A stretch of DNA of 63,892 nucleotides, the filler included. It is 9 parts of 9 records of this genome, joined end to end, with 100 filler letters (N's around TTAATTAATTAA, not from the genome) between each part and the next. Parts side by side here need not be neighbours in the genome. Positions count along the whole stretch, not along the records: positions 31,514 to 38,900 come from SRR7504441_2668; positions 39,001 to 44,159 come from SRR7504441_2670; positions 44,260 to 48,350 come from SRR7504441_2671; 6 more parts are not named here. One strand, 5' to 3'. The translations under genes were made by a program, and so were the position numbers. The notes under the pieces were generated by a model that searched no databases, was not told the DNA's origin, and saw only the letters and a program-made list of their open reading frames with translations. The first letter of the stretch is position 1. Every line of letters starts with the position of its first letter. This document shows, piece after piece, positions 35,801 to 46,480 of this stretch.

Positions 35801-38791
35801 GCTGTTCGTGCGGCTCTCTCAGCTGAGTCAAGTCAAAACGTTCGCCCAAACACTCTGGGATGAACGCCCTAGTTACATTGCTGGCCAAAACCAGTCTATG
35901 CTCAGTGGCCAGCATCTCGAAATCACCTCTTCGATGGCTTCGTGGCAAGACACAACCGAATACAGATACGACTTTCTGTGTGACTACCTAAGCGAGCTAA
36001 CCCAGATTGTTGTCATAGACCGGAGTGTGTATTTCGATGAATTCGACAAGAACAAGGCCATGTTGTTTTGTGCACTTCTATTTGGTTTCACATTCGTCGT
36101 GTTTGTGATCTCGTTCCTTCTTTTGCAGCCCGACCTGAGTGAGGAGCAAGGGAAATCCACACTACATGAAGTTCATGTCAACGAACTCGCCAAACTGGAC
36201 GAGGGTATTGACGACGAGATTGGTTCCACAAAGTTCGGTTCAGGGCATGGCTCTGGTGTGTTTGACACTGAGATGTGCGTCGGGGCACTCTCGGGTCCTG
36301 GTAGCAACAGCTTTCTAGGACAAGACCCGCAGGATTTGAGTAGTAATATGCAAGGCGACCCTGAAAAGTACCGAAAGCTAGCTCAATTTGTTGAGGAGCG
36401 GATGCAACCAGTGTGCGAGCAGCTTGCTCCTGGTGGTGCAGCGCAGTTCCTTGAAAGGGCAGTTGATTATATCCGGCTGGCCGACCAATCATTTGACGTG
36501 TTCACAATTTCTATGATCGAGGCCAAGTATGGGCAAGCGAGTGGTCACATCCGGGTGTTCAAAGCGTATGACGGCATGCTGGCGCGCACGCTGCGCGGAA
36601 TGATAGCCGTGCTGTTTATTATTGTGCAATTTGTGCCTGAGGAGCGAGTGCGGCTCACGCTCGACATCATTTGCATGACAGCGCTAACCTGCATTGCTGT
36701 AGCGCTTGCTTTCTTCGAGTATCGGTGCGTGCTGCAAGGTTCACTTCGCACTTCAACCATGACCGAACTCGGGTTTGCTGTAGTCATCTGGAGCTTTATT
36801 CCCCTCCAATATGCAGCGGGGATACCAGCGCTCGCTTTTTCAAGGCCAATCATGTTATTTTTGTCGTCAGAGAAGCTTACACTGACATTGGTGCTATTCG
36901 TGAAGTGTTGTGGCGACATTCAGACCGTGCTGCTGCTCTTCTTTGTGGTCATCACGCTTTCGGCAATCGCCGTGCATGTACTCTATTGGCAGCGATTCGG
37001 CGAAGAACAGAATGTCGACACATTTCTTGATGCTTTTATATCGATGTTCATCTTCCTTGAATCACAAGACAATTGGGACTACGTGGTCGGGCCTGCGTAC
37101 ACGGTCTCTAAATGGGGCTCCCTTGTTTTCCTGCCGCTGTCAATACTGGGTGCCTTTCTTGTGGTTTCGATGGTGCTTGCATTATTTGACCTCAGCTTCG
37201 AAGAGCGCCAAGAGGCACTCCAAGCAAAAAGGCGTGCGCGTTACAGGCTTGCCTTGACCTCGTCTTTCCAGCTGCTGTGCTGGAAGCAACAGTGTGAGGA
37301 CTTTGGTCGTGTCACAACTAAGGGTGGACCCAGCCACTACTTGACCAAGCGAACCTTCTCAGAGCTGATGTCGTCGTTGGGGTATGGATTGTCATCGATC
37401 ACCGACGTTGCGTTCGGCTTGATAGATGCGGATAGCAGTGGCCTTATCGAGATGCAAGAGTTCGAAAAGCTCCTGTTTGTGTGTAGATGCTGCTCCCTTT
37501 TAGATCATGACAAGTTACTATGCCACAAGGTTATAGTGTCGAAGGCTATACTCCAAGTGCAAGAGACCGAGAACTTGCTTTTAGCGCTGCCAGCCACCCA
37601 CGAGATGGATGAAATGCGGACGAAGCAGCAGGAAGTGTTGGCCGAACGAGAGCTACAGAAGGAGGAAGCGGAACTAATGCTGTCGAATTATTGGGATCGT
37701 CTCACTGACTCACTCAAAATCGCGGGCAGAGTTCCCTTGTGCAGGCTTGATGATATCGACATGGGCCTCATCATTGTGCATAGTTGGGTGATGACCTACA
37801 ACCCCGTCAACCACGATTTGGTGGTGGTGGCCAGTATCCTATTCAACGTGCTCTATTGCATCGAAGTGGGAATCCGATTCTACGCGCTTCATGGCGGGCG
37901 CCCCTGGTCTTGCCCTCGATTTCGTGAAGCCTTAAAGCTCTTTAACAACGATCCAAGAGGGTCCGCATATACGATGCAGAACAAGGTTGCCCTTTGGACA
38001 TCGGCTGTAGGCGCATTCGGCGCACTGATGTCGATTATAGACCAAAGTGGTTGTTCCACTGGTGCTCCGAGGCTGTGGGAGTTGCTCATGGTAGTCCCTC
38101 TGTGGAGGATCTTTGTGGTGCACGAAGGCTTTCTGATGATTATCAATTCGTTCATCGGTGGCCTGAAACTAATCAGCACGGTTTGCGTCCTTCTGGCCGC
38201 TGTCTTTTACGTTTGCAGCGTCATGGCATGGGTGTTTTTCCGGGATCTACCAATCGAGGGATCATTTTCTGACGTGTTGAACTTCTCCACATTGGGCAAT
38301 TCTTGCCTTGCCATGTACTGCACCCGCCCTATAGTTTTTAGCAGCCTTTTGAGTGTCAACTTGCACACGGGTCAGTATTTGGGCTCAGATGTGGTGTCAG
38401 GTATCAAGTTTTCATAGGAGCCGGCTGGTCTGGGGTCATGCAAAGTGCTGTCCTCGAAACGTATGAAGCATACTGCTGGTTCTTCCTCGCTTATAGACTT
38501 GTGATCGGTCTTCTGCTGACCAATCTTGCGGTTGGTGTCTTGATCTATGCATTTGAGGACTACGAGGAAGAACGCAAGACTTTAGTCGGCGAGGTCAAGA
38601 TTGCATTTGAATCATTTGCGAAGGTCCTACATGTATCGGCGCAGAAGAAGCTTCAGTTTGAGCTTGGCGGGGTTGCCGAGGTGCTCCTTAAAGCTCATGC
38701 AGTTCAGATGCTGTCCGACCGCTGTCGATTATGGCTGCTCTCGAGGCAATGTGTAACACTATGGAAGACACGGATGAATCGAGACAGTTGA
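32847..38791 (+). CDS. PDZ-like + TM-dCache-TM + TM-dCache-TM + two-pore-channel-like (2x6TM, EF-hand) fusion protein, about 1,750-1,800 aa, at least 10 introns
   Basis: Frame is continuous after removing GT-AG introns including 33109-33148, 33586-33636, 34774-34884, 34941-35001, 35691-35736 and 38315-38400. Cache motifs YDTLGSGWY and YDAALRPWY...DVYFD...GVIGLDI; pore I FISMFIFLESQDNWDYVVGPAY; EF-hand DADSSGLIEMQE; pore II NFSTLGNSCLAMYQVFIGAGW; S6 LLLTNLAVGVLIYAFE. Confidence 0.8.
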
Positions 38792-38900
38792 AGCACTAGC
38801 TATAGTTGAGACAGTTGACGCCATTTGTTACTGCTTGCAGCATATTGTGTACATATAATTATTGTAAGTAGTATGAGTGCGTATTAAACCACTATTAAAA

Positions 38901-39000
38901 NNNNNNNNNNNNNNNNNNNNNNNNNNNNNNNNNNNNNNNNNNNNTTAATTAATTAANNNNNNNNNNNNNNNNNNNNNNNNNNNNNNNNNNNNNNNNNNNN
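38901..39000. other. Artificial contig spacer
   Basis: 44 N + TTAATTAATTAA + 44 N. Confidence 0.98.
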
Positions 39001-39103
39001 TTACCCTATGTGGCAAAGTGTGTATTCATCAACAGGTCACAGCGCGCGCACCACCCCCCTGCACTGGCCACCCTTTGCCAAATCTTCAGCTTGAATTTCA
39101 AGC

Positions 39104-40998
39104 ATGGCACAGGTCGCTGGGTTGCGGGAGCGCTCTTCGGTGACCCTGCGGGTTCAGGTTGCATACGACGACGGTGACATGGACCCTGCGGTGGAGCGCT
39201 CGTTCAAGGGCCACAAGGCGCCGCGCGCGCGGCCCCGGCCGGCTCAGCCCTCCCGCAGGAGGCTGTCAACTGCGTGGCGTTCAACCCGAACATGAAGCAG
39301 CTGGTGAGCGGCTCGAACGACAACTGCGTGATGGTCTGGAACTTCAAGCCCAAGATGCGCGCCTTCCGGTTCGCCGGGCACAAAGTCTGCCCCCGGCCCC
39401 TCCCGTGGGCTCACCCCGCCCGCAGGCGCCCGTCTACTCTGTGGCTGTCTCTCCCGCAGGTGACCTGATCGCCTCAGGATCCAAGGATAAGACCGTCCGG
39501 CTCTGGCTGCCCACTGTGTAACCCGCTGGACTGCCGGCGCGTGGCTGAGGCCGGCCGGGCAGCAAAGGCGAGTGCTCTGTGATCAAGGCGCACACCAGCG
39601 CAGTGCGCTCGGTCGACTTTTCGTTCGACGGGCGGCTGCTGCTCACGGCCTCGGACGACAAAATCATTAAGGCGCGCGCCGATGCTGCTGCAGTCACTGA
39701 ATCGGGCGGCCAGCTGTGGGAGCTCCCGTCTCAGCGCTTCGCGCATTCGCTGGTTGGGCACATCAACTGGGTGCTGCGCCTGGAGGCGACGCTGTGCTCA
39801 TCCAGCCTCGCAGGTGCGCACCGCCCAGTTCAGCAACGACGGGCGACTGGTGGCCTCCGGCGGTGACGACCGGACTGTCAAGGTGCCGGGCTGGCCGCTG
39901 TTGCTGTCGGCCGCAGCGCCGGAGGCAGGTGTGGGATGTCGACAAGCGCAAGTGCGTGCAGGATTACGCTGACCATAATGAGTGCGCCCGGCACGAGGCC
40001 GCCACCGACTGGGTGCAGCTCGATCAACGCGGTGCGGTTCCACCCTGATGGCACGTGCGTGGCCTCTGCTTCGGAGGACCAGACAGTGAAGCTCTGGTGG
40101 CTGCTCGCAGCAGCTGGCGCTGAGCTGCCGACAGGGATCTGCGGACCAATAAGTTGATCCAGCACTACCCAGCCCACCTGGACGGGATCACCGGCATCGC
40201 TTTCCACCCGTCTGGCAACTACCTAGCCTCCACTTCACACGATTCGTCGGTCAAGGTCGGCTGCGCTCCGTCGTCCGCTCAGCATAGCCTCAGGTCTGGG
40301 ATCTCCGTCGCGGGCACCTGTTCTATACGCTGCACGGGCACACCGGAGCCACGAGCAGCGTCGCCTTCTCCAAGGAGGGAGACTTCTTTGCAACGGTGCG
40401 GATCAGCTGCATTTGTTTGGCCTGATTGAGCCGTGGCAGGGAGGAACTGATAACCAAGTCATGGTCTGGCGGACCAACTTTGACCAGCAGGAGGAGCCGG
40501 AACCAGCTCCCGAGCCGCGCCGCGCCGCCAAGCGCCACCCTGCTGCAGCCCCAGGTGCGCTGCACAGCCTCGAGCTTGGCCTGATGACTGTGTGGCAGCT
40601 CCGGCGCACCGGGCACGCGCTGCGCTGCAGGAAGTGAACCAGCCACAAGTAGTGCCGCACCCCGCGCCGGTCGAGGAGCGAGTGGCTCCAGCCACACACG
40701 AACCAGAGCATGTGGAGGCGGACTACCAGCTAGAGGTAGGGACTAAGGGTGGGTTAGCGCTGACCGCGGTGGCTCAGGGGCAGACGGAGGAGTTGCCTGA
40801 GCAGCTGGCGAGCACACTCGAGCACATAGTAGGCCAGTTGGACATCATTACCAAGACTGTGGCGGTGAGCCTGCAGAGTGAGTGTGCTGAGGTTTGAGCC
40901 AGGTGATGGAGGAGCGATTGACAGCTAACGAGGACAGATTGGCACACATGCATCGAGTCCAAAACAAAATAATCGAGCAGCTCGACCTGCGCATCTGA
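39104..40998 (+). CDS. POC1: POC1 centriolar protein (WD40 repeats + C-terminal coiled coil), about 14 short introns
   Basis: [74 protein letters not shown], and C-terminal [27 protein letters not shown]. Confidence 0.93.
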
Positions 40999-41485
40999 GA
41001 AGGCGCAGCTGATCGGGTGCATGTAATGTAAACCCAACTTACTATAGGAGGACTTGGTGCTGATGTGCGCTAGCTCACACTGGCCACGACCAAGTGTGAG
41101 CTTCACCCAATGTGAGCTTGCGCACATTAGTACAAAGGAACCAGTCGACACGAAGTGATCAATGATGCTTGACGTTTTTAATTAAAGAGTGCTCATACTC
41201 GTAGTCTTATGACTATCTTGTGACTATCTTGTGACTCTTGTCGGCGGCTCACTAGCACTTAGGCTTCTTAGAATCTTGACTTAGTGGTAGGGTGAATCAT
41301 TAGAGTAACAATAGGACATGAATTCGTATTATTACTTGGAATTCAAGCTTCAGAAGCGTCCCGCAGAACTACAAACAGTATACAAACAGTAAATGCGCAT
41401 GCGAAGACAATGAATTCAGTCGATAAAACACGCGCGGAACGGCGGAACCACTAAACTTGATATTAAATCCAGTATAAATCCAGGC

Positions 41486-43243
41486 TCATAGTCTCATGCT
41501 AGGATAATAGTTGCGACTAACATCATTCGTGGAAGGTCCGGGGCCGGCCACAAGAGAGGCCCGCTTGTGCTCCTCCTCGATCCGCACTGCACCCGGCCTG
41601 TACCCGGACGGCCGCAACAACATTTCCCCTTCCTCCGAGAACGCAACTGCCGTCTTGCTCGTTCCCCTCTTCTGCCGCCGGAGTGGCTGCGATATGACCG
41701 CATGCCACCGGGCGGGCGCCACTCCTGCCCTCACAACTGCCGAGTATGGTCTCCGCGTTGGCCCACGGATTGTGCCTCGGCCAGCATTACTGTTCCTTGA
41801 CTGGCCTGCAGCACTAGCTGTGCATGGCCTGCCAGCCTCACGAGGAATGCTAGCCAGCTTGGGAGAAGCCTCTGAGGCGACTAGGTCCGCTGCTGGTTCC
41901 ATGGTGGCAGCAGCTATGGCGGCCTTGATCTGATCGGCCCGTGAACGCAATTGATCTATCGAGTCCTGCAAACTTGTGGCTAATTTGTCCTCAGCCACGC
42001 ATGCACCTGCCACGCATTCAGTCATCAGCTGATCGCTCATCAAGGCCACCCATCACTGTGCGCGTGGTCTGAGCCGCCTGCACAAAGTCTTTCCTGGCCT
42101 GCAGCAACTGCTCATGGCTAGCTTGCAAGTCCCGGTCTAGCCAGCCATCAGTCGGTTCGTCCATTGGACTTGGTGGCGGACTCGAAGCCAGACGTTCGAG
42201 CGACCTGACGATCTGCTGGACTGTGATTTGCGGTGCGCTGGGGGGCTCTGAGCCCTGAGCACGGAGCACTTGAGCCCGCTGCTGCAGCGACTGACAGGCC
42301 AGACTGTCCAGCTGCGACGGCTGCACTGAATCGAGCGCAGCTTGCATTTTGCTCGTCACGCTATCCAGCACCTCGCCAACATGCCTCCACTGCTTGCCCT
42401 CGCTGCTCCCTTGTGCCACTGTGCCTGCCACTCGCTCAACAAACATCTCCCGATGTTGATCGCTATCGCCCAGCCCGTGCCCGTCCAGGCAATTCAACAC
42501 GAGCGAACGGAGCAAAAGCCCGGTCGTTTCTCGTAAGCAGTCGAGCCGCGACACCCGCTTGGCCGCCTCCTGCTCTGCACCCACTGACTTGCCGAGCCAC
42601 GACTCAAACCGCTGGCTGGCTTCAGCGTCCACCGACGCATGCTCAGCCACCAAGCACTCAGCCGGCAGCTGCTCTTCCCTCAGCCGCATAATCTCGAGGT
42701 GTAAAGCCGGTTTGTCCGGGCCGCGCGCTTTGACCAGCCGAGCAACTCCGCGCACCCAGGCCAAGGCCATCACCTAGCGGTAACTTTAAGACGCCAACCG
42801 ATCCCAACGGCAGGACCTCCGGCGGGAGATAGCCCAGCTCTCGGAGGAACTCGTTCAGCTCGACGGGCTGGTCGCAGTACAGGCCGGCCACCTGCCAGGG
42901 CACTGACCCCGGGGCCGCCCAGGGTGCCAGCCACCTGGAGCACAGTCCACTCAAACTGCTGCCGGTTGAGACTCTCTACCGGTCCGAACCCTGCAGCCCA
43001 CTCCTGCTGGGCCTGTGCCAGGCAGCTGGGCTCGTCGAGCTCGGCCGGCCGGGTGCCCAGACTCAGCTCGACGAAGATGCCCTTCTCGAACCGATCCTCG
43101 CTCACGAACTGAGCCCCAGTCGGCCCCAGCCCGCCCGCCCGGCGCACCGGCTGCAGCTTGCGCCAGAGCGCCTCCAGCAGTGCTGACTGGGCCATCCGGA
43201 GCCGCTCTGGCTCGTCAGAGTGTTCTCCAGCAGCTGCTGCCAT
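41486..43243 (-). CDS. Hypothetical helical protein, short introns
   Basis: ATG 43243 (MAAAAGEHSDEPERL...) links through ORF fragments 42658-42954, 42018-42773 and 41486-42049. Confidence 0.5.
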
Positions 43244-43331
43244 AGAGCGATCACCGCATTTGTCCAAGTGCTGTCCAATGTTGTTCCGTTGGACGGTGAA
43301 GTTTGTCCAAAATGAAAGGCGACGGGTTTCG

Positions 43332-44159
43332 ATGATGGCCGAGCTGGACTCTCCCGGGATCCTGCGGTGCGCCGCCCGCTGGCCGGGCCCGACCCCGGCC
43401 GCAGCCGGGTGTGCGCTGCCTCCAGCTGCTCCCGAGTCCGCGAAGTCTTCGGCCGGGTCGCCCGGGCCCGGTCGATCGTCGAGGCCCGCGCGCCCCCGGC
43501 CCACGCCCGGCTCTCCGCCCGGGAGCTCGGGCCGTGCACCGCGTCCCAGCTGGCGCGCGAGCTCGACCTGCACAACCGGCCGACCGGCGCGTCCACCGCG
43601 GTGCCCGCCCGCCTGCACAACCGGAGCGCGGGGGCAGACCGCTCTGGTGATGGCCTGCCGCCGATTTTATCTGGTCAACGCCATGAACATGTGGGTATGC
43701 CGTTGCTCAGCCAGGTCCCCCGCGCCCATCGGCCAGGATTCCACCGGCGGCAGGGCCGGCTGGCGCCGCGAGTCGGAGAGTCAGAACGAATTGCTCGGCC
43801 TCCAGCGGGCGGTCCTCGCCCAAATGCAGACTAAGCTCTCCGGGCTCGAGTCCTCTGTGGACCAGCTGAAGCTGGGCGTGCCGGCCGGGCTCCGCACGCT
43901 GCTCCCTGCGGTCCGATCGGTCGCACGCCGGGGCCGACCTCTGGCAGGTATCGGACTCTGCGTGGGGTGCGCTGGTCGATCAGCTGGACGTTTTGCTCGA
44001 GCTGCTGCACGCGAGGGCCGCCGGGGTCGAGCGGCACGCCGCGGCCGACCAGCGCAGGATCCAGACCGAGCTCGGGCGTAGCCCCGCCCACCGGCTCTGT
44101 GCGGCAGGCGGGAGGGTGCGGGCAGCAGCGGGGGGGGGGGGCACTCACCCTGGGGGCTG
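43332..44159 (+). CDS. Hypothetical protein, multi-intron, 3' truncated
   Basis: ATG 43332 (MMAELDSPGILR|); GT-AG introns of about 38 nt; coiled-coil ELLGLQRAVLAQMQTKLSGLESSVDQL. Confidence 0.4.
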
Positions 44160-44259
44160 NNNNNNNNNNNNNNNNNNNNNNNNNNNNNNNNNNNNNNNNN
44201 NNNTTAATTAATTAANNNNNNNNNNNNNNNNNNNNNNNNNNNNNNNNNNNNNNNNNNNN
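44160..44259. other. Artificial contig spacer
   Basis: 44 N + TTAATTAATTAA + 44 N. Confidence 0.98.
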
Positions 44260-44302
44260 GGAGGGTGAGCGCGCTTGGAGCCGGCGCCTCAGCCTTTCTC
44301 CA

Positions 44303-44436
44303 GATTTGGAGCTGGTGGTGGGATTTGAGCTGACACGAGAAGCAACCTTAAAGTTAAGTTTAGCCGATTTGAGGAGCTGGTGGGATTTGATCTGACATGA
44401 GGAGCAACTTTAAAGTTTATCCGATTTGAGGAGCTG
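44303..44436. repeat. Degenerate tandem repeat, unit about 57-63 nt, about 2.2 copies
   Basis: gatttg..gagctggtg..ggatttga(g/t)ctgaca(c/t)gag(a/g)agcaac(c/t)ttaaagtt..ta(g/t)cc repeated. Confidence 0.75.
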
Positions 44437-44688
44437 CGTGCAACCGTACGCAACAGACTCCCTTCCTTCGGCCCGACATGATTATAACGTTCACACAAGC
44501 CGACGTCGTTCTTTATTGATACACTGTATTATCAATAATTATCAAGAACGAATTGGCGCGTGTAATTGTTTGCAAGCCTCTCCACCGGTGGCTTCTTTCG
44601 CGCGATCGCGTCTATAAATTGCGTCGACCGACATCAGTCGACCAACACAATCAACCTCAACTCAAAGTAGAATAAAACCACCAGTGAA

Positions 44689-46277
44689 TCAGTACACGTG
44701 TGGGATGATCCGGTAGGGCACGATGCTGCAGTACTTGTCCCAGTCCCGGCCGTACTTCATCTTGCAGCACACCTCGTCCCTTTGCTCCCTGTGCACCAGC
44801 AGCACAGCAAAGTAGATCGTATAGAACCAAGGGATAATGTGCCCGAATGCTGCCATTACACCGGTTCAGCTGGATCAAGCCCGGCCAGCGCACCGCACGG
44901 GAGCGACCAGGAGATTGACATGAGCCAATCGCCAAGGTAGTTGATGTGCCGCGCCATCCCCCACCAGCCGGAGATGATCAGCTTGGTCCCTCGCGCCGTC
45001 GACAGCGTCTTGAGATCTGCCCACCGCCTGAGCTCGCCATAAATCTGGGCGCGCACGTGCGACAGCCGGATCGTTCGGGTTGGAGCGGAAGGCATTCTTC
45101 TGTCCGTTCGCGCCTCGAAAGACCCAAAACCCGGTCAGTTTCATCAGCACAATCAGTGCGAGCTGCCACTGTGCACAGCGTCAGACGGCGTCGGATCCAG
45201 GCTGGTCACCCACGCGAGGTCGACGGGTGTGAATGCCAGGTAGCGGGCCTGGATGCCGTAGGTAAACGGGACCCAAGCCAGATCTCCAAAGGCGAGCATG
45301 AACCCGAACCCATCTGTTGTGATGTCCATTGTGGTCAGGATCGCCGCCTCGTTGTACAGCGCGTCCACAACGTAGGTGAGCTGGAACAGGTTCACAAGCA
45401 CCATCGACCCGGAGACGGCTCCAGTCAGTTGGTACTGCTTGGCTGCCATCGCTGCGTTCAGCACCGACCACCCAATCAGCCCCGGCCTCAGTTCGCAAAA
45501 TGTCTTGAGATCAAATTCTCCTAAGACCGGCTCGCCGGGCCAGCGACTGGGGCGTACCGACACGCGGGTTGAGCTCGTGTCCCATGAAGAAGTCGTAGTG
45601 CCGGATCCCTGCGACGCCCCATGACAGCTGGCCAGGGCACGTACGGCACCGGTGTTCCCGGGGCCGGCCTTGAGCGTGTCCTTGGCGCAGGCAGTGGCGT
45701 ACAGATAAATTGAGAGCACCAGAGAGAAGATAATCGAGCAGCTGGCCAGCTCGAGCTGATGATCGTGGATCCAGACCAGCCCGTCCCCGTTGTCAATGCA
45801 GCAGCTGATCACGAGCATCACCGCCACGATCACAAAAGACGCAAACCCTGCCAACAGCTCAGCATCACCGAGCGCGACCCTGGACGGACCGTTCATCTTG
45901 TACCGGAGCTGGGTGCCGTCGCTGAGTTTGACGCCCTTGACCCACTGGCCGGGGACCACGGCCCAGAGCAGGGCCAGGAAGAACATCCAGCCCACGAACG
46001 CCGTCATCGCGGCGTGGCTGTAGAAGCTGTGCACCGACAGGTCCGGCAGCACCAGCTCGCCGGTGATTGGGTTGCCCAGCACGTACTTGTCGTTGCACAC
46101 GCAGTAGAGCGCCATGATGCCTGCGGCGGCCGCTCGGCCCGGGCCGGGGCGCTGGCCGCACCAAACGGCAGCCCGAGCATGACGCCGATCACGCCGTACG
46201 GCCCGCCGAACTCGAAGGGATGCTCGTGTTCAGGCTGCCCGCCCTGTCACGCCAGCCCCTCCCGGCGGCGGCACCAT
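44689..46277 (-). CDS. ERG24: Delta14-sterol reductase (ERG24/TM7SF2/LBR family), multi-intron
   Basis: [130 protein letters not shown]. Confidence 0.93.
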
Positions 46278-46480
46278 GCTGCTCGAGTCGAACGGCTCGT
46301 TGACCCGCCTCGGCTCAATTTTCTTTTGGTACCAAGTATTCGAGTACCTGGTAGCCGCCGGTGCTGAAATAATTAATTGCACAAGGCCCTAAACTAGCCC
46401 TAAACCATACCTAAACCACAAAGCTAGCTACAATTTTGCACAAGATATCGATCCCAGCTCGCGCCCAGTGGCTTTTAAAT

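Noticed and set aside
39104-46277. Apparent frameshifts or pseudogenes in POC1 and ERG24, or a non-standard genetic code
   Set aside because: Each break I traced resolves as a short GT/GC-AG intron under the standard code.
46386-46418. CCCTAAA-like units (and TTAGGG x2 at about 34787) resembling telomeric repeats
   Set aside because: Too few and too degenerate, and internal to contigs; chance is sufficient.
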